Of a DNA stretch of 64,000 nt, positions 18,182-38,429 are shown piece by piece. A program made the position numbers and the translations under genes. Under the pieces are notes generated by a model. The model was given only the letters and a program-made list of their open reading frames with translations. It had not been told where the DNA came from and did no database searches. This DNA comes from the human T2T-CHM13v2.0 reference genome, Homo sapiens: NCBI RefSeq assembly GCF_009914755.1, contig NC_060935.1, one strand, 5' to 3'. The stretch's first letter is position 1; each line of letters opens with the position of its first letter.

Positions 18182-19129
18182 CAGGCATCTACTATTAATT
18201 AATCTTTAACAAAAGCACCGAGAATGAAACATAGAGAAAAGTTACTCTCTTCAATTAATGGTGTTAAGAAAGCTGGATATCCACATGCAAAAGAATAAAA
18301 CTGGACACTTATACTATACCATAAATAAAAATCAAATCAAAATGGATTAAAGAACTGAACACAAACTATTATCTATAAAAACCCTAGGACGAAAACATAG
18401 TGGAAAATCTGCATGATATTGGTCTTGCCGATAATTTTTTGGATAGGACACCAAAGGCACAAGAAATAAAAGCAAAAACCAAACAAGTGGGACTACATCA
18501 AGCTAAAAACTTCAGCATATCAAGGAAAACAATCAACAAAAGTAAAAGACAGCCTAGAAATTGGGAGAAAGTATTTGTAACCCATAAATCTGTTAAGGAG
18601 TTAATATCCAAAATATATAAGGAATTCACATAACTCAACAGCAAAAAAAAATTAATAACCCAATTAAATATTACCAAAGAACCTGAATGGATATTTCTCC
18701 AAACAAAACAAAAACTTGGCCAATAGATAAAAGAAAAGATGCCCAATATTACTAATCATCAGGTAAATGCACATTAAAATCACAACGAGACATCACCTCA
18801 CACTTCTTAGGATGGCTTTATCAAAAAGACGAGATAATAAGTGTTGGTGAGGACATAGAGAAAAGAGAACACTGGTACACTGTTGGTGGAAATGTAAATT
18901 GGAACAGCCATTAGGGGACACAGCATGAGGCTCATCGAAAAATTAAAAATAGAACTACCATATGGGTCAGCAATCCCTCTTCTGGATACACACACAAAGT
19001 AAATGAAAGTAGTACTTGTAGATATATCAGCACTCACATGTTCATTGCATTATTCACAATAACCACTATATGAAAACAAAACTCTAATGTTTCCCAACAG
19101 ATGACTAGATTTTTTAAAAAGCATAAAAT

Positions 19130-19360
19130 ATGAATGTGATTATTATTAAAATTTATTATTATGAATTATATTAACATAGCATATTATTACTATATTGATA
19201 ATGTAATATGTTTATTATAATATATTACCTTAATATAATATATAATATACATAATTTATGTTTTATATTATATTAAATATATAACATATATTTTATATTA
19301 TATTAAATATATAACATATATTTTATATTATATTAAATATATAATATTCATATATGAATA
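19130..19360. repeat. AT-rich low complexity with ~30-bp tandem unit
   Basis: ttttatattatattaaatatataacatata ~2.8x at 19261-19345. Confidence 0.85.
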
Positions 19361-20499
19361 TTATTTCCATTTTAAAAACAAGGAGATCCTGCCATTTGCA
19401 ATAATATGAATGAAACTGGAAGTCATTATGTTGAGTGAAATAAGCCAGACTCAGAAAGAAAATTACTGCATAATTTCTCCTATATGTGGAATACAAAAAA
19501 ATAAATAAATAGCTGAATATGTAGAAACAGAGAATAGAACAACAGTGGTTACCAGAGGCAGAGTGTGGGGGAAATGGGAAGATATATAGGATGAATAAAT
19601 CTAAAGATCTAAATAAAGTGTAGTATAAAAACTATAGTTAATAATATTGTATTGTATACTGCAAATTTTCTAACAGAGTAGGCTTTGGGTCCTCTAACAA
19701 AAAAAAAAAAATTACGATGCCAAAAGATAACCATGTGAGATAATGGATATGTTAAAGTGCATACCTGTAGTAATAGTTTCACCATGTACATGTATATCAA
19801 AAAATTGTGTTGTATAACTTAAATGTATACAATAAAAAATAGAAATATTATCTAAAAATGAAAGTAAAGTAAGGGAAGCATTTTTTCAATTGAGGGAATC
19901 TTCCATTAATAAGCATCTCAAATTAAGTTAGAAGAGCTGCTTGAGATTTGCTACCAAATCATATGCTATACAATGCTAGTCCCAGAAGGTTAGACACGTG
20001 ACTTGAGAGATAGGAACCAGGAGCATCCGTGCAAGTCTTTGAGTTGGAAATTAGTTACCTGAGGCTGGGTTCTGACTATGTCAACAAAGGCGAAGTGGAT
20101 CTGCGGTCAGAGAAGCAGCAGCACCTGTGGAGATGTGCCTGTGGCAACATAACTATGGTGTCAGAAGGGCAGCGGCTCCTTGGGAGCACCTGTCCCAACA
20201 GATGAGCTTCTACAAGTTATTCCTGGTCATTCATGTCAGACTCTGTAATTCTAACCTTTCCAAAGGTTCTTTAAAAAACTTAATTGCATATAGCAAATCT
20301 CTTCTGCCTAAACTAGCCAGAGATAATTCTGTGTCATCACCTAAGAACCATGGCTGATATAATAAATTGATCTAAATTTCTCTATTTCAATTTGTCACCA
20401 AGGATGGAAAGCCATCAATTGCAGAAGCATTCTGTTTAGCAAGGGTCCCTTTGAAAACTGCATTTACTTGTAACAGCCCATTCTTGGCACAGAATAAGC

Positions 20500-20960
20500 T
20501 TGACATAGAATAAACACATGGGCATTTCTTGTGCTGGAAATGCCATAGTGAACAAAACAGCCAATACCTCTACTTTCATGGATTTTAATTCTAACTGGAA
20601 AAAGAGGACAAAAAAATTAAATCTGACAATCGTGTGGTGAAAATGTTGAAGATAAAATGAAACAAAGTAATGTGATAGAAGATAACTCAAAGAGAGAGAG
20701 AATGGCTTTACATGGATGGCTCAAGAAGACCTCTAAGGAAGAGAAATTGAACTACAGACTGAGTGATGACAAGGACCTAGCCATGTGAAGATCTAGAAGA
20801 TGAGCATTTGGGGAATAAAGAAGAGCTAGTACAATGGCCCGAGGGCAAGAATAAGGTCACAGCAGCTGGAGCACAGTGAACAAGCGAGAGAGTGGTGCTG
20901 GATGAGATCAAACAGATACATGTTTGGTGGGGAACAATTGTACAGACCCTGACAGGGTGT
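20500..20960 (-). mobile_element. L2 fragment
   Basis: gtgaacaaaacag...agccatgtgaagatctagaagatgagcatt. Confidence 0.6.
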
Positions 20961-21634
20961 GAATACATCAATTACAATTGGTTAAATAGCTGTCCTTTTA
21001 CAAATCAACCTATCTCAACTTCACTAAGTGAATTTTTTACATGGGAAAAAAGATAGAAATTAATTTTAAAACAATAGTCATTCAGAGGCAAACTGGAGAT
21101 CAATGTCATTGACTACACCAAAAAGTCCATCAAAAATAGCAACTGCCAGAGGCACACACAAAGGCTTCTGGGAAAAGGTGGTTGCTTGGATGCATATGCT
21201 TTATTTTACTTCATCCTGATTTTAATTAGAAATGAATTAATTATAATATGATAAATTTAGTTGGTGATATTAGGGTCAAAAGAGAAGAAAGAAATTAAAG
21301 GCAAGAGTTGCATCAGGTCAAATAATATTCCTCCTCCACATACATAAATTTCTCTCTACTGTTTTACTTATGACTTTCAGTTCATTGTTCTGCACCCTGG
21401 ATAGGTTAAACACTAAATTCTTGCACTTAAACCTTTTTCAACACCCAATCTGAAGTGACTCCCACCCTGCCTTCTGAGTTGCTCTCTATCACATCACAGG
21501 TTTCACTTTTTTAAGCCCTTTTCACTCTGAATTTATCCTTTCTTAAAAATGTTTATTTATTGTGCATTTCCCTGACTAGAATTTTTCCTTATTCAAATGT
21601 GTGTCATTTTTCTGGTATATACCACAGTGCCTAA

Positions 21635-21850
21635 AAGTTTAAGTTTCAAAGCAAAACTACATGAGTTTAAATCCTACCTCAGGTACTTGCTACCTCTTGA
21701 CTGAAGTAATTTATTTAAATTTTCCAGGCTTCATCCAATTGTGTTGGAAATCAAGAAAAACAGTATCTATTTCATAAGGCTCTTGTGCAGATTAACAAGA
21801 CAATGACTTTCTAGCATGAACCACGTTGTAGTAAATACTAATAAACTTTA
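21635..21850 (+). mobile_element. MIR
   Basis: gagtttaaatcctacctc...aagtaatttattt...tatttcataagg. Confidence 0.5.
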
Positions 21851-21946
21851 CTAAAATTATTATTATACTATAACTTTCTTATTTGTCATAAGGATTCTAT
21901 TAAATTTTGTCTTCTTTAGCCTGATTTTGATTTGGAGACATTCAGA

Positions 21947-22353
21947 CTTTTTTTTCCATACTTTAAGTTCTAGGGTACATGTGCACAATGTGCAGGTTTG
22001 TTACATAGGTATACATGTGCCATGTTGGTTTGCTTCACCCATCAATTCATCATTTACATTAGGTATTTCTCCGAATGCTATCCCTCCCCCTGACACCGCG
22101 CCCCATGACAGGCCCTGGGGTGTGATGTTCCCTGTCCTGTGTCCAAGTGTTCTCATTGTTCAATTCCCACCTATGAGTGAGAACATGCGGTGTTTGGTTT
22201 TCTGTCCTTGTGATAGTTAGCTCAGAATGATGGTTTCCAGCTGCATCCATGTCCCCGCAAAAGACATGAACTCATCCTTTTTTATGGCTGCATAGTATTC
22301 CATGATGTAAATGTGCCACATTTTCTTAATCCAGTCTATCATTGATGGACATT
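21947..22353 (-). mobile_element. L1PA 3' fragment
   Basis: L1PA 3'UTR and ORF2 end ([12 protein letters not shown]); no TSD found. Confidence 0.9.
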
Positions 22354-22359
22354 GACTAC

Positions 22360-22462
22360 CTAGATTTTGGACTTCCAAGTTTTTAGAGCTGTGAGACATA
22401 AATTTTTATTTTTTATAAATTAGTCTGTGGCATTTGTTATGGCAGCACAAATGAAGTAAGAC
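22360..22462 (+). mobile_element. MaLR LTR 3' end (MLT1A/MST-like)
   Basis: ttggacttcc...gagctgtgagacataaattt...tttgttatggcagcacaaatgaagtaagaca. Confidence 0.65.
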
Positions 22463-22996
22463 AAAGACCAAAATAAACAGAAATCCATCTACTGTTCATA
22501 GATGGAAGACTTAATATAATTGAGGCGACAATAATAGTAGTCAAGAACATTCAGTAGAAAATGAATTATCTCTTCAGCAAATGATACTGGAACAACTGGA
22601 TACCCAAATACAAAATAATAAATTTGGACCCCTTTCTCTTGCCATGTACAAAAATTAATCCCAAATGGATCAAAGATCCAGTGTAAAATCTAAAAACATA
22701 TAACTATTAGAGGAAAGCAGAAGGGTAAATCTTCATGATCTTGGGATTAGACAATGGTTTCTTAAATACAGCAATAAACAAGCAACAAATGAAAAACAGA
22801 CAAATTGAACTTTATCAAAAATTTAAAACTTTTGTGCCTCAAAGGAAATTACCTAGAAAATCAAAGTCAGTTCACAAAATGGGAGAAAATACATCCAAAT
22901 CATATATTTGATAAGGATCTTGTATAAAAATATGTAAAGTACTCTTTACATCTCAAAAATAAAAAGACAAACAACTCAATTAAAAATGCACAAAGG
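22463..22996 (+). mobile_element. L1M (MB-like) ORF2 fragment
   Basis: Decayed ORF2: aacaactggata...ggacccct...aaatggatcaaag. Confidence 0.65.
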
Positions 22997-30710
<7,714 letters not shown>

Positions 30711-31081
30711 AAGGAGGGAAAGAAAAACAACAGCATTTGGAGTCAAGTCCTTTAAACTGGCTGCCATTAATTTCATGCCCTCAGTGCTCTAGATCTCAAG
30801 CAACCAATAACATTTTTCCAAAAATGGTTTCATATTAGATGAAAACACAGCAGCTCTTTCTGTAGCATGAGTTGACAGGGAAACTACATGTGGTGCCCAC
30901 TCTGGAATTATGCCACCTTGCCATTTATGTGGCATTCAGCTTTCTTAGAAACCTGGATTCAGATAGGAAAAAAGGACTCTCACAGGCTTAAGTTTTAAAT
31001 ATAGAGCATTCAATTCCCCATTCAGGATGGGTATTTTTCAACCATGTCTCTCCAGAATATCTGCTTCTAAGACAGTCTTTT

Positions 31082-31175
31082 CATCAAAGGAGATAATTAA
31101 TTCCTGGGAGAGAAAGCAACAGCTACAAGACAAGGTCTCTGAATCTTTATAGAAACCTCTTTAAATATACATGCA
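31082..31175 (+). promoter_or_regulatory. Putative OR4C13 promoter core
   Basis: TAATTA (31094) adjacent to O/E-like TTCCTGGGAG (31101), TATA-like tttaaata ~31160, ~2.6 kb upstream of the ATG, conserved in the paralogous copy. Confidence 0.6.
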
Positions 31176-31314
31176 GTACAAGGTAAAAATGTTTTTTGTT
31201 GTTGTTGTTCACATCTCCAGAGCAAAATTCATCATGAATTGAGTGACTCATTTTCATGTATTTCTTCCACAGTTTCTTCGTCTTACCCTGCGGGGACCAG
31301 AGCCATGTAAAGAT

Positions 31315-31319
<5 letters not shown>

Positions 31320-31371
<52 letters not shown>
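31320..31371. repeat. (GT)n microsatellite, ~26 units
   Basis: Perfect TG run. Confidence 0.98.
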
Positions 31372-31374
<3 letters not shown>

Positions 31375-32159
31375 ATATTCAGTCTTTAAGCTAGAAGAAA
31401 ATATTTAGACTTACAAACAGACTTTCTTAACAACTGTTGATTTGATATTGAATCATCTGAATAAGCTCTTTTGAAGTGTGAAATACCTTTCACATTGAAG
31501 CTTACTTATTCCAAGAAAAGATAATTTCAAATAAGATTGTGTCTGAGCACACCTATACATCATTAAGATCATCAAAGACTCTAAGTTTTTCAATAGTGCT
31601 GAAGCTTATGAAAGATTGTTACTTTCTATATAGAGTAATCGGTATTTTTCAGCACTTTTCAAATAGAGTAATAGAGTCTTGCATTCTCACTCCAATTATT
31701 CAAAAGGTAGTTGGTAAATATCATTAACCTAATTTGACAGTTGAAATATTTGAGGCTTATAGAGATTAAGCAATTTGTAGAACCCATCTCTCTGATATCG
31801 GGTACCATGTTTTGCCATGAGACACCTCCTTAGTGAATGAGACAAGTTATGAGGACTAAAACAAAATTTAAATACACTTCACACACACAAAAGACATAAA
31901 TATGAATATTAAATGGCAAATCATCAGCTGATTAGTCCAAGCACAAACATGGAGAAGCTTTACTGGGATCACTTGCTATGAATAATATAAAGCCCTGTAA
32001 AAGGAAAATTGGAGACCTTTCTTTATGAGCTTAATGTGTGGTCAAATGTTTCTCTGTATTATATTGATCACATTGTCAATTTATCCTGTCTCCTAGGCTT
32101 ATACAGCCATAAAAATAAATGAAAGTCCTGTATATGTCCCTAACAGTAGGGTAGATATA

Positions 32160-32350
32160 TTCATATAGTTCTCCCAATTAATTCGCATAACAGTATGTGA
32201 GGTGAATATTATCATTTTATGGATGATAAGATTAAGATGTAAGGTGCCAAGAAATATACCCCAGGTAAAAGAAGTTATAGGTGGAAAAACGAGGATTCTA
32301 ATCTGGTCTTTCTGATTCTCAAACTAACACACTTAACTATTGTGATAATG
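32160..32350 (-). mobile_element. MIR
   Basis: tattatcattttatggatgataag...ggattctaatctggtctttctgattc. Confidence 0.6.
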
Positions 32351-32659
32351 TTTTTTAACACTTTGCAGAAGTTTCTGGCTAGGGTCCCATGCTTTGCAAG
32401 GGGATCAAGGAGGAATGCATAGGGCTGAGGGAGAGGCTAAGCAAAAACAGCCCTTCAATGAATGTAATACCACATTTTTCTTAATATTTAGGAGTTTCAA
32501 TATATCATTGTGTGTGTGTGTCTGTCTGCTGATGAAGTTACTCATATAAACTTGTCTCTGAAGTTGTATTAAAGTAATTATAAAAATTATGGCCATATCA
32601 AAGGGAAATTACCAGTTCAACATTGTTTATTACAACAATATAAGGCATGAGTTAAGACT

Positions 32660-33030
32660 TAGGGGGAAACAATTAACAAGCATAATCTGAAACTTAATAT
32701 TAGGTCCAGCCTTGATTATCTGCTCGATCTTGGGAAGAACCTTAATTTCTATGTGCTTCTATTTCCTAATGTGTAAAATAAGTGTAAAAAGACAATAGTA
32801 ACTAATACATAGGTTTTCAGTGAGGATTCAATAAGCAAATGTCTGTAAAAGCACTTGAAACATGCTGTGTTCAGTAAATATTAGTTAATGTTAACACTAT
32901 AACTATTAACATTAGTCACTGAGATTGTGTCCTCATCTGTAAAATTGATAAAATGAGATCATGTGTGCAAAGCACAATCTACAATGTCATGCTCATAGCA
33001 ATTATTCAGAGGTGTATATTATTAGCTATT
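32660..33030 (+). mobile_element. MIR fragments
   Basis: tcttgggaagaaccttaatttct...gtaaaagcacttg; cctcatctgtaaaattg. Confidence 0.55.
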
Positions 33031-33678
33031 ATAAAGTTAATAGGACTTAGACAATAGATTATGAATTCTTTTATAGTAGCTCTTGTATTCTTTCTTTACA
33101 TTTTCATCACAAATGCACTGTTATTCTTATGTCAACTTCTACAAATAGTCTGCTAAGTTCCATTATCTGGCTTCCAGCTCCTTACTGGATCTCAGCCCAC
33201 ATCATAAAAAACACACAAAGACCTTCACTAGAGAAATATCCCAAGAATCCCCCTTCTTCAGATTCCTCTTTATCATTTCACTCATATTGTGCATGACATT
33301 TCACATTTCATTATTTTCTAAAAAAAAAAAAAGAGAGAGAGCAAATTTTGAGCTTTGCATTCATATGCTTTACATCTATATTCTATAATCTTTTCAGGCT
33401 TAGTTGCCACTATGTGTGCAATCATTCAACTTTCAGTCATTTCAGATGATTAAGTGTTCACAGATGGTCTCCTGCCTGTGTGCTACAAAAGTTTCTCATG
33501 TCAAAACTCTCAGCACAGTCTTCACCAGGGAGGCAATTTGAGTAAACCTCCAAAACTCAAAACTTTTTCCTATCTCAGAAAAGATCCTCAAATCACAACC
33601 CAGTAGAATCCAAGAATTTATTATATTACATATTACAGTGGAGAAGTTTAACAAATTTAAAGATGTATTAATAAAAAT

Positions 33679-33692
33679 TGTTTTCTTTTCAG
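33679..33692 (+). promoter_or_regulatory. Putative splice acceptor of the OR4C13 coding exon
   Basis: tgttttcttttcAG|G, 29 nt upstream of the ATG. Confidence 0.65.
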
Positions 33693-33721
33693 GTAATGTA
33701 ATTAACCATCATTTGAAATAC

Positions 33722-34651
33722 ATGGCGAATAGAAACAATGTGACAGAGTTTATTCTATTGGGGCTTACAGAGAATCCAAAAATGCAGAAAATCATATTTG
33801 TTGTGTTTTCTGTCATCTACATCAACGCCATGATAGGAAATGTGCTCATTGTGGTCACCATCACTGCCAGCCCATCACTGAGATCCCCCATGTACTTTTT
33901 CCTGGCCTATCTCTCCTTTATTGATGCCTGCTATTCCTCTGTCAATACCCCTAAGCTGATCACAGATTCACTCTATGAAAACAAGACTATCTTATTCAAT
34001 GGATGTATGACTCAAGTCTTTGGAGAACATTTTTTCAGAGGTGTTGAGGTCATCCTACTTACTGTAATGGCCTATGACCACTATGTGGCCATCTGCAAGC
34101 CCTTGCACTATACCACCATCATGAAGCAGCATGTTTGTAGCCTGCTAGTGGGAGTGTCATGGGTAGGAGGCTTTCTTCATGCAACCATACAGATCCTCTT
34201 CATCTGTCAATTACCTTTCTGTGGTCCTAATGTCATAGATCACTTTATGTGTGATCTCTACACTTTGATCAATCTTGCCTGCACTAATACCCACACTCTA
34301 GGACTCTTCATTGCTGCCAACAGTGGGTTCATATGCCTGTTAAACTGTCTCTTGCTCCTGGTCTCCTGCGTGGTCATACTGTACTCCTTAAAGACTCACA
34401 GCTTAGAGGCAAGGCACGAAGCCCTCTCTACCTGTGTCTCCCACATCACAGTTGTCATCTTATCCTTTATACCCTGCATATTTGTGTACATGAGACCTCC
34501 AGCTACTTTACCCATTGATAAAGCAGTTGCTGTATTCTACACTATGATAACTTCTATGTTAAACCCCTTAATCTACACCTTGAGGAATGCTCAAATGAAA
34601 AATGCCATTAGGAAATTGTGTAGTAGGAAAGCTATTTCAAGTGTCAAATAA
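33722..34651 (+). CDS. OR4C13: Olfactory receptor 4C13, 309 aa
   Basis: [10 protein letters not shown] (N-glycosylation site), [45 protein letters not shown]. The first ATG is at 33722; the ORF track start is an upstream GTG. Confidence 0.93.
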   Translation: MANRNNVTEFILLGLTENPKMQKIIFVVFSVIYINAMIGNVLIVVTITASPSLRSPMYFFLAYLSFIDACYSSVNTPKLITDSLYENKTILFNGCMTQVFGEHFFRGVEVILLTVMAYDHYVAICKPLHYTTIMKQHVCSLLVGVSWVGGFLHATIQILFICQLPFCGPNVIDHFMCDLYTLINLACTNTHTLGLFIAANSGFICLLNCLLLLVSCVVILYSLKTHSLEARHEALSTCVSHITVVILSFIPCIFVYMRPPATLPIDKAVAVFYTMITSMLNPLIYTLRNAQMKNAIRKLCSRKAISSVK

Positions 34652-34959
34652 ATGTGACTGGAGCCCAACATGATTCAACTGAGGCAAGGGTCAAAAGGAC
34701 ATTTTGGGTAATGCCAGCAAGGAATACTTATTTGATAAATAAAATAATTAACCACTGTGATCCATAGATGATGCCTTGAGGGGAGTCAAAATGGGTTCAG
34801 GAAAAAGGAGAAAACCTAACCATGTATCATTCTCACAAACTGGGAAAATTCTACCGATTCGGGGCTTAGTTTCACTAGCTTCATCCATATATATGAAACT
34901 CATAGGCCTTCCTTCTAATAAATGTAAAATAAGTAATAAAATAAATATATCTATATTAA

Positions 34960-35130
34960 GTAATAATGTCCATAACAAACTGAGGGAGGCATTATTCTTA
35001 TCCCCATTTACCAAAGAGGAAACTGAGAGAAGGGGACAGTGTTAAAATAGAAATATAAAATAGACAGTAACCAGAATCTCACTGATTTCCCAAACCATAT
35101 GCTTAACTACCATGATACCCTGCCAAGCAA
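34960..35130 (-). mobile_element. MIR
   Basis: tatccccatttaccaaagaggaaactgag. Confidence 0.6.
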
Positions 35131-35886
35131 TGATGATAGAAATATCAGATCATGATAACAGCTATCATTTATTGAGACAAGGACTAGCTGGACACATTGT
35201 ATATGTTAGTTCATTAAAAATATAAGTTTTTCATTAATAATTGTTTCATTTTTATATATCAAAACTGATGGCCATTGTTTTCTGAAATATTATGCTATCT
35301 AACTACTTCAGGGCTATAAAAGCAAAAATCTATTTAGCATCTGATGGGTAAACAATGAAGTTTATACCATGATTTCAAATGTCCTTGTAGGCTTCAGAAC
35401 CATTTTCTATTATTCATGTTACCCTTTTTATACTGATAATCGACCAGAAAGAGTGATGGTTCAAATAAAGATGTTTTGATATCAAGGAGAAATTTCTATT
35501 TATTGAATATACAGTTATAATCCATAAAGTACTTGCCCGATAGATAACAATAGTTCCTACAAGGTACCACGTCTGGTATACCATAAACAGAATCAATGAA
35601 TAAAAGGATTAATGAAAATGAATAAATTCAATAAAATATAAAGCAAAAGTAGTAGTGGAGGCTAGGAAAGTATTTTCTACCTTCAGACTAAGAATTCTGG
35701 TTGGAACTCATAGGGAAATCACATTTTTTCACTCTTATTGAAACAATGAGAAAGAAATTGAAACTGCATTCTCAGCATATGAACATATAGTTTATCTTGA
35801 TATTTTTCCTACCCCCAGTAAAATTGTATTATCTTATGTATATGGGCTGTTTATATTTTTCTATTAATCAGTTTGCTTTTTGGTAA

Positions 35887-36190
<304 letters not shown>

Positions 36191-36269
36191 TAAAAGCTGT
36201 TTTTCAAATTATATAGCTACACACAAAGCAATTTCAGAATAACTGTATTCCACTTATTCCTTGCATGCT

Positions 36270-37370
36270 TTATTCCTTAATCAACAAATACTTTTTATCC
36301 CCAGGAATGTATCAGGCACATTGATAGTTCCTGGGGCTTAGTGGTGAATAAAGAGAAACCAGGGTCCTCTTTTCACAAAAGTTAGGATACTCTGAGACAC
36401 TTCAAGAAGAGAACAGAGAATTACAACCTAATACTATAAATAGTAAGATCATGGAATTACAGAGTGCTGTGAAAGCATGTTAGAAGGACACACAACAAAG
36501 ACCTAGGAGATCTAAAAAGGATTCCTAGATGAAAAGACATCAAAAACAGAAGCTGACCAGGCACAGTGGCTCACGCCTGTAATCACAGCACTTTGGGAGG
36601 CCAAGGAGGGTGGATTACTTGAGGTCAAGAGCTCTAGACCAGCCTGGCCAACATGGAGAAACGCTGTTTCTACTAAAAATACAAAAATTAGCTGGGCGTG
36701 GTGGCGCATGTCTGTAGTCCCAACTACTTGGGAGGCTGAGGCAGAAGAATCACCTGAACCCAGGAGGCAGAGGTTTCAGTGAACCAAGATCTCGCCACTG
36801 CACTCCAGCCTGGCTGACGGAACAAGACTCTGTCTCAAAAAAGAAAAAGAAAGAAAGAAAAAAAAAAAAAACAGAAGCCAAAGGGAGAAAAAGAGTCCGC
36901 AGAATGAGTAGGCACAAGGTTGAGCTAAGAGTGCATCTATGAGAGGAAATAAGTAACAAAGGCCAGAAGGTGAGAAACAATCAGCAGGAAACCCAAACAA
37001 TTCACTATCACTGTAATTATCAATTTATCTATTAATTCAACAATTATTTATTGAACCCCCATTGTGTGCTGGTGTAGGATACCGAGATTGTAAAAGGGAA
37101 AATACAAGACATGAAGCTGTAAAGTAGGATCTTGGTAAGATCAAAAAGGGTCTCATAATTCTGTTAAAACTAAATACTAAGTACCATGGAGAAAATAGTG
37201 AAAGTACTTTTAAACTAGCAAGAAATGTAGTTGGATTTGTTTTGGGAAGGATAACTCTAGCTACAGTATGGAAAATGGATTGAAGGGTCAAGCCTCCAAA
37301 GAGAAGAGCAACCAGGAGGTAATTATAATGATTTAAGTGTGAATAAATGGGGGTCTGAACTTTGGTGACT
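36270..37370 (-). mobile_element. L2 fragments (interrupted by Alu)
   Basis: tcaacaaatacttt...aggcac...gtgaataaag; ttcaacaattatttattga. Confidence 0.5.
36555..36871 (+). mobile_element. AluS (Sz/Sx-like)
   Basis: Alu dimer, TSD aaaaacagaagc. Confidence 0.92.
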
Positions 37371-37386
37371 CCCAAGAGATGCCGAG

Positions 37387-37830
37387 TGTTAGGGACACTG
37401 TTGCATCCAGCTCAAATGCCTTTTGCCTGGTAAGTGAACTCATGCCCCACCTGCTGTGTCTGGGCTGCTAACAGCTCACAGCCCCACCCTTCCCTGGACA
37501 ATTGCACCACAGAAAATGGGAGGTGCCACACTCAGAAGATTATGCCCACTGTCAAGGCCCAGCAGTGGCCAATGACTAACAGACACGAAAGTTTAAAAGG
37601 TTGTTGTATAATACGATGTATCCTCCAGAGCTTCAATGGCTCCAGACTCAAGGCAGACTTCAATTGAGACCACATCTGAAGCCTGACATCTGAAGCCTGA
37701 CTCCAGTTGAGATCATGTCCTTTCTTCCCTCTACCATAGTTAGCTTCCCTCAAACTCTTCTCCTTATAAATCACTTTTGTAAAAATTCTCAATCTCAGAT
37801 CTGCATCTAAGAAACCCAAACTAACACAGA
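37387..37830 (+). mobile_element. LTR16-like ERVL LTR
   Basis: ctaacagctcacagc...cagtggccaatgact...taaatcactt...aagaaacccaaactaacaca. Confidence 0.6.
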
Positions 37831-37959
37831 GTAATAGAGACAGTTTAAGATACATTAATGAATTTTAAGGAAAATAACTTGATATAGGATGAAGATTAGA
37901 GAGAAAAGAGTCATGGATGAAACTATGTTTCTGCTTCAGAAGGAGGATACTCAGAAGAT

Positions 37960-38200
37960 TGAACAGAGAAAAGATAAGCCTACTTTGCCAGCGGAAGAGG
38001 CCTCCCCACCTCGAGTAGAGCCTTTCCTTCACCCTTAGCAGAAGAAACCTCTTCACCCCTACTGAAGGTTTAACCTTGCATTGCCTGAGGAAATTATATG
38101 TCCTTCCCTGAAGCAGTTCCCCAGCAAAACAATGTTGATTTCCCTCAAGACCCATCTTCATCATCCCTCTTTGCTTCTAGACCTATAACTAGACTCAAGT
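37960..38200 (+). mobile_element. ERVL internal fragment
   Basis: ttaaccttgcattgcctgagg...ctctttgcttctagacctataactagactcaagt. Confidence 0.6.
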
Positions 38201-38429
38201 TTAAACTCAACTGTGAAAGGTTTATCTGTGGCATTGCAGATGGCATCTGAACTCACTCCCAGAAGATGATAAACGTTAACTTCAGAACAAATCAAGAAAA
38301 CTTTATTTGAATGCAAATAAAGCAATGTTCTTCCCTAAAAAGTCATCAGTTTATCACACAGTTTCAGTCAGGTTAGCTGAAGGTGTATTAGTAAGGGAGT
38401 GGGGAAAGAGAAAACAAATGTAGGATTAT

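Noticed and set aside
31181-31188. AG|GTAAAA as the OR4C13 exon-1 donor (absent in the ghost copy)
   Set aside because: Very close to the TATA-like element and unsupported without transcript data.
33638-33721. 28-aa N-terminal extension of OR4C13 in the ORF track
   Set aside because: Starts at GTG and crosses the pyrimidine tract/acceptor; ATG 33722 gives the canonical 309 aa.
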